Shown in pieces: positions 60,312 through 64,000 of a DNA stretch of 64,000 nucleotides. Position 1 is the stretch's first letter, and every line of letters begins with the position of its first letter. This DNA is from Lachnoclostridium sp. An14 (GTDB lineage Bacteria > Bacillota > Clostridia > Lachnospirales > Lachnospiraceae), in assembly GCF_002160755.1 (NCBI RefSeq), contig NZ_NFLE01000013.1, positions 11,906 through 75,905 of the forward strand, in the 5' to 3' direction. The position numbers were made by a program, and so were the translations under genes. The notes under the pieces are model-generated. The model searched no databases and was not told the DNA's origin. It was given only the letters and a program-made list of their open reading frames with translations.

Positions 60312-61658
60312 ATGTCAGGAGCTTTTATGTTTGCGGTGATTATCCTATCGGTGGTGGCTATGGTGCTTGCCATCTCCAAGTGGAACCAGCACCCGTTTCT
60401 GGTGCTGACCATCATTGCGGTCGTGGTGGGCCTGCTGTGCGGAATGGACACAGAGACGGTGATCACCACGGTGAAAAACGGATTCGGTAATATTTTAGCC
60501 AGCATCGGCATTGTGATCCTGTGCGGCACCATTATCGGAACGGTGTTAGAGAAAACGGGCGCGGCCCTCACCATGGCCAACAGCATTCTGAAGGTGGTGG
60601 GAAAGAAAAACAGCGTGCTCACCATGGGCCTCACCGGCTATGTGACCGGCATTCCCGTGTTCTGTGATTCCGGTTTCGTTATTTTAAGCCCCATTTCCAG
60701 GGCCCTCGCCAGCCAGTCCAACATTTCTCTGGCAGTGATGGCCACAGCCCTGTCCGGCGGCCTGTACGCCACCCACTGTCTCGTTCCGCCCACTCCCGGC
60801 CCCATCGCCATGGCCGGAACCCTGGAGGCGGATCTGGGACTGACCATTTTGATCGGCCTGATTATTTCCATCCCGGCTACGGCGGTAGCCATCCTGTACG
60901 CGAAAAAGGTGTCTGCCACCGTACAGATCGACGCCAACCCGGAGTACACCGTGGAGGAGCTGCAGGCCAAATACGGAAAGCTTCCGGGAGTGCTCCACAG
61001 CTTTTCCCCCATCCTGCTGCCCATTATCCTCATCGCCTTTAAGTCCGTGGGAGACTTCCCCAGCAATCCTCTGGGCACCGGGATGTTAAAGACGGTGGTA
61101 TCCTTTATCGGAAACCCGGTGATCGCCCTGTTGATCGGCGTATACCTTTCCTTCACCCTGATCCCGAAGGAGGAGAAGAAAAACACCTTAAAATGGGTGG
61201 GAGAGGGCGTCACCAACTCCGCCGGCATTCTTGCCATCACCGGAGCGGGCGGTTCCTTCGGAGCCATTCTTCAGGCTCTGCCCATCGCGGATCAGCTCAC
61301 CGGTATGCTGGGCAATGTGGGCCCGGTGGCAGGCATTTTAGTGGCCTTTGCCATCGCCTCCTGCTTAAAGCTGGCCATGGGCGCGTCCACCGTTGCCATG
61401 ATCACCACCTCCGCCATGGTGGCTCCCATGATGGCCGGCCTGGGGCTGACCTCGGACATCGCCAAGGTGCTGATGATTATGGCCATCGGCGCAGGCTCCA
61501 TGACAGCCTCCCACGCCAACGACTCCTATTTCTGGGTAGTATCCCAGTTCTCCGACATGAACACCTCCCAGGCCTATAAGTGCCAGACCGGCATGACGGC
61601 TGTGATGGGAATTACCACGATTATTGTGGTGACAGCGCTGGCGTTTTTCTTCGCGTAA
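60312..61658 (+). CDS. GntP-family permease (gluconate/glycerate/diacid:H+ symporter)
   Basis: 448 aa, 12-13 TM helices, GntP-like N-terminus and central amphipathic loop; adjacent to CdaR. Confidence 0.9.
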   Translation: MSGAFMFAVIILSVVAMVLAISKWNQHPFLVLTIIAVVVGLLCGMDTETVITTVKNGFGNILASIGIVILCGTIIGTVLEKTGAALTMANSILKVVGKKNSVLTMGLTGYVTGIPVFCDSGFVILSPISRALASQSNISLAVMATALSGGLYATHCLVPPTPGPIAMAGTLEADLGLTILIGLIISIPATAVAILYAKKVSATVQIDANPEYTVEELQAKYGKLPGVLHSFSPILLPIILIAFKSVGDFPSNPLGTGMLKTVVSFIGNPVIALLIGVYLSFTLIPKEEKKNTLKWVGEGVTNSAGILAITGAGGSFGAILQALPIADQLTGMLGNVGPVAGILVAFAIASCLKLAMGASTVAMITTSAMVAPMMAGLGLTSDIAKVLMIMAIGAGSMTASHANDSYFWVVSQFSDMNTSQAYKCQTGMTAVMGITTIIVVTALAFFFA

Positions 61659-61768
61659 GCGGTATGTGAAAGGGGCGGTCCCAGGCGGGCCGCCCTATGT
61701 TTCTGTGCGGACGCGCTGTCATAAAAAAGGTCACAAGGGTGACAAAAAATATAATCTGGAAAAAATAG

Positions 61769-61997
61769 TTGACAACCAGGGCGGCATATGCTATCATAAC
61801 AAAAGTTGTGAGAACGACTGACAGGAAAGCAGGTATCCGCCTCACCCTGGCACGAGCAAGTGACCTGGGTTCATATCGCAAGCACCCCGCGGGAAAGCTG
61901 ATAAAAGGCTTTGCAGGGAAATGGGAATGGCTCTGAAAGGAGAATGTTTGCGGCACAGACGACGGCGGATGGGATGTTTTTTCCCATCTGTTTTTTT
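61769..61997 (+). promoter_or_regulatory. infC-rpmI-rplT promoter and L20-leader-like 5' UTR with attenuator terminator
   Basis: TTGACA (61769) -17- TATCAT (61792). A ~190-nt structured leader ends in the hairpin GATGGGA-tgtttttt-TCCCATC + TGTTTTTTT (61968-61997), immediately upstream of the infC RBS. Confidence 0.5.
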
Positions 61998-62025
61998 GTC
62001 CAATTCACTTTGGAGGTGCACGGCT

Positions 62026-62532
62026 ATTAGCGATTTAATGATTAACGAGCAGATTCGCGACAAAGAGGTCCGTCTGATCGGAGAGAATGGGGAGCAGCTG
62101 GGGATCATGTCCGCGAAGGAGGCCTACAAGATGGCTCAGGACGCGGAGCTGGATCTGGTAAAGATCGCCCCGACGGCAAAGCCGCCTGTATGCAAGATCA
62201 TCGACTACGGAAAGTATTGCTACGAGCAGGCGAGAAAAGAAAAGGAAGCCAAGAAGAAACAGAAGGTCATCGAGGTGAAGGAGGTTCGCTTATCTCCCAA
62301 CATCGACACCAATGATCTGAACACCAAGACCAGCGCGGCCAGAAAGTTCCTGGAGAAGGGCAACAAAGTAAAGGTCACCCTGCGTTTCAGAGGCCGTGAG
62401 ATGGCGCATATGTCAAAGTCCAAGTACATTCTGGACGATTTCGCGGAGAGCTTATCCGACATCGCTGTCATCGACAAGCCGTCCAAGGTGGAGGGACGGA
62501 CTATGGTCATGTTTTTAACTGCAAAGCGTTAA
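62026..62532 (+). CDS. infC: Translation initiation factor IF-3, probable ATT (AUU) start codon
   Basis: …INEQIRDKEVRLIGENGEQLGIMSAKEAYKMAQDAELDLVKIAPTAKPPVCKIIDYGKY… RBS GGAGGTG is 7 nt upstream of ATT 62026. The next in-frame ATG is at 62038 (M of MINEQ). The long ORF from 61921 runs through the attenuator and is not credible. Confidence 0.9.
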   Translation: MSDLMINEQIRDKEVRLIGENGEQLGIMSAKEAYKMAQDAELDLVKIAPTAKPPVCKIIDYGKYCYEQARKEKEAKKKQKVIEVKEVRLSPNIDTNDLNTKTSAARKFLEKGNKVKVTLRFRGREMAHMSKSKYILDDFAESLSDIAVIDKPSKVEGRTMVMFLTAKR

Positions 62533-62563
62533 AAAATAGACAACTATCAAGGAGGAAAATACA

Positions 62564-62761
62564 ATGCCGAAATTAAAAACAAGCAGAGCTGCTGCAAAGC
62601 GTTTCAAAGTAACGGGAACAGGAAAGTTAGTAAGAAATAAGGCTTACAAATCTCACATCTTAACTAAGAAGTCCACAAAGAGAAAGAGAAATCTTAGAAA
62701 AGATATTATTACCGACGCTACCAACGCAAAGGTAATGAAGAAGATTTTACCGTATCTGTAA
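62564..62761 (+). CDS. rpmI: 50S ribosomal protein L35
   Basis: [21 protein letters not shown]…; 65 aa. Confidence 0.95.
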   Translation: MPKLKTSRAAAKRFKVTGTGKLVRNKAYKSHILTKKSTKRKRNLRKDIITDATNAKVMKKILPYL

Positions 62762-62795
62762 GGATTTTTGAAATTAAGAAGGAGGAAATTGACCG

Positions 62796-63152
62796 ATGGC
62801 AAGAGTAAAAGGCGGTTTAAACGCAAAGAAGAAACACAATAGAATCTTGAAGATGGCGAAGGGCTACAGAGGCGCCCGTTCCAAACAGTACCGGATCGCA
62901 AAGCAGTCCGTAATGAGAGCTCTGACCAGCTCCTATGCTGGACGTAAGGAGAGAAAGAGACAGTTCAGACAGCTGTGGATCGCCCGTATCAACGCGGCTG
63001 CCCGCATCAACGGCTTATCCTACAGCAAGTTCATGTACGGCTTAAAGCAGGCCGGCGTGGAGATGAACAGAAAGATCCTTTCTGACATGGCCATCAACGA
63101 CGCAGAGGGCTTTGCAAAATTAGCTGAGCTGGCAAAATCCAAGCTGGCTTAA
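62796..63152 (+). CDS. rplT: 50S ribosomal protein L20
   Basis: [29 protein letters not shown]…; 118 aa. Confidence 0.95.
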   Translation: MARVKGGLNAKKKHNRILKMAKGYRGARSKQYRIAKQSVMRALTSSYAGRKERKRQFRQLWIARINAAARINGLSYSKFMYGLKQAGVEMNRKILSDMAINDAEGFAKLAELAKSKLA

Positions 63153-63199
63153 GGAAACCCGGCCCATAGTGCGACGGAAACGAACATCAGAAATAAAGA

Positions 63200-63251
63200 C
63201 TGCTGCAGACAGAAGAACCCGCGAAGGGGGCTCTGGCTGCGGCAGTTTTTT
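63200..63251 (+). terminator. Probable intrinsic terminator after rplT
   Basis: CTGCTGCAG…CTGCGGCAG stem (one G-U) followed by TTTTTTG; large loop. Confidence 0.45.
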
Positions 63252-63360
63252 GTATTTAACAGGAAACTGCGCTCCCTGCAGCACAAAAAGCCCCCAGCGG
63301 GAAACGCACTCTCCGCAAAGGAAACCGGCCGCTGGCGCAGCCGCGCTCCGGCGGGCCGCC
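63252..63360. repeat. Intergenic palindromic repeat element, copy 9 (A variant + B + partial C)
   Basis: gtatttaacaggaaactgcgctccctgcagcacaaaaag + cccccagcgggaaacgcactctccgcaaaggaaaccggccgctggcgcagcc + gcgctccggcgggccgcc. Confidence 0.8.
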
Positions 63361-63517
63361 CCTCCCAACCGCTCCAGGGCGAAAAAGATTGACAGTATTT
63401 GGGAACAGGAGTATAATTTTGAGAAATCAGCCTGTTTTTAGCGGAAAGACATTTGGACGTCACGGAGAGAAGTCCAGGATGAAAAAACGGGCAAATACAT
63501 AGTTGTGAGGGAAAAGT

Positions 63518-64000
63518 ATGGTTCGATATTTTGCGAAACGGATCGGCATCATGATCATCGCCCTGTTCATGATCGCGCTGGTGACCTTTGTCATCATGCA
63601 CTCCATTCCAGGCGGCCCCTTTACCAGCGACCGAAAGACGTCGCCGGAGGTGGAGGCGGCCTTAAATGCCAAGTTCAATCTGGACGCTCCCCTTCCGGAG
63701 CAGTTTTTCGACTATGTGGGCGGGCTGCTCCACGGAGATTTCGGCCCCTCCTACAAATACCCCGGAAAAACGGTAAACGACTTCATCTACAACGGATTCC
63801 CCGTCTCCGCCAAGTTAGGCGGAATCACCATCCTGTTTGTGCTGCTGGCGGCCATCCCCATGGGTGTGGTAGCGGCGGTGAAAAACGGAAAATGGGTGGA
63901 CATGGCGGTGATGGCCCTGGCCACCATCGGGGTGACGATCCCGTCGTTTATCATCGCCTCCCTGCTCATTTACCTGTTTTCCTACCGGTTAAACTGGCTG
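63518..64000 (+). CDS. Oligopeptide/dipeptide ABC transporter permease (OppB/DppB-like), N-terminal part; continues beyond the window
   Basis: MVRYFAKRIGIMIIALFMIALVTFVIMHSIPGGPF…LDAPLPEQFFDYVGGLLHGDFGPSYKY… is a canonical OppB N-terminus. Promoter TTGACA-17-TATAAT at ~63390-63418; RBS GAGGGAAAAG. Not in the ORF table because there is no stop codon within the window. Confidence 0.8.
   Translation, partial: MVRYFAKRIGIMIIALFMIALVTFVIMHSIPGGPFTSDRKTSPEVEAALNAKFNLDAPLPEQFFDYVGGLLHGDFGPSYKYPGKTVNDFIYNGFPVSAKLGGITILFVLLAAIPMGVVAAVKNGKWVDMAVMALATIGVTIPSFIIASLLIYLFSYRLNWL

Overview
This is a 64 kb chromosomal segment from a high-GC (~58-60%) Firmicute. Gene content and order are Clostridia-like, for example plsX-acpP-rnc-smc-ftsY and thrS (T-box)...infC-rpmI-rplT. 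Genes are almost all on the + strand, and all calls rest on reading the supplied ORF translations and the DNA by eye.

Content from start to end:
- Start of window: a polar amino-acid ABC transporter, tRNA-Gly(CCC) followed by a ~400 bp array of 21-bp tandem repeats, and a polytopic membrane protein.
- 6-13 kb: a gyrB/gyrA-like pair, deoD, asd and galM.
- 14-24 kb: an L-arabinose module (CUT2-type ABC transporter, araR-like regulator, araA, FGGY kinase, araD, tal).
- 24-27 kb: a MATE exporter, a MarR regulator and a CarD/CdnL-like protein.
- 27-33 kb: an RNA-repair style locus, which is the most interesting part. Two tandem WYL-domain regulators are divergent from rtcB. A tRNA-like fragment and an SPFH/band-7 protein follow rtcB.
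- 35-41.5 kb: a LacI-controlled sulfatase / GPH symporter / ROK kinase / GH1 6-phospho-beta-glucosidase locus.
- 50-54 kb: yaaA, a T-box-like leader upstream of a BASS transporter, and a DUF134::NifX-like fusion.
- 59-64 kb: a CdaR regulator with a GntP permease, infC with a probable ATT start, and an oligopeptide permease fragment at the window end.

A modular, palindromic intergenic repeat family occurs at least 9 times across the window. It appears mosaic and once inverted, and resembles a REP/MITE-like element. No CRISPR array, transposase, integrase or obvious restriction-modification or toxin genes were seen.
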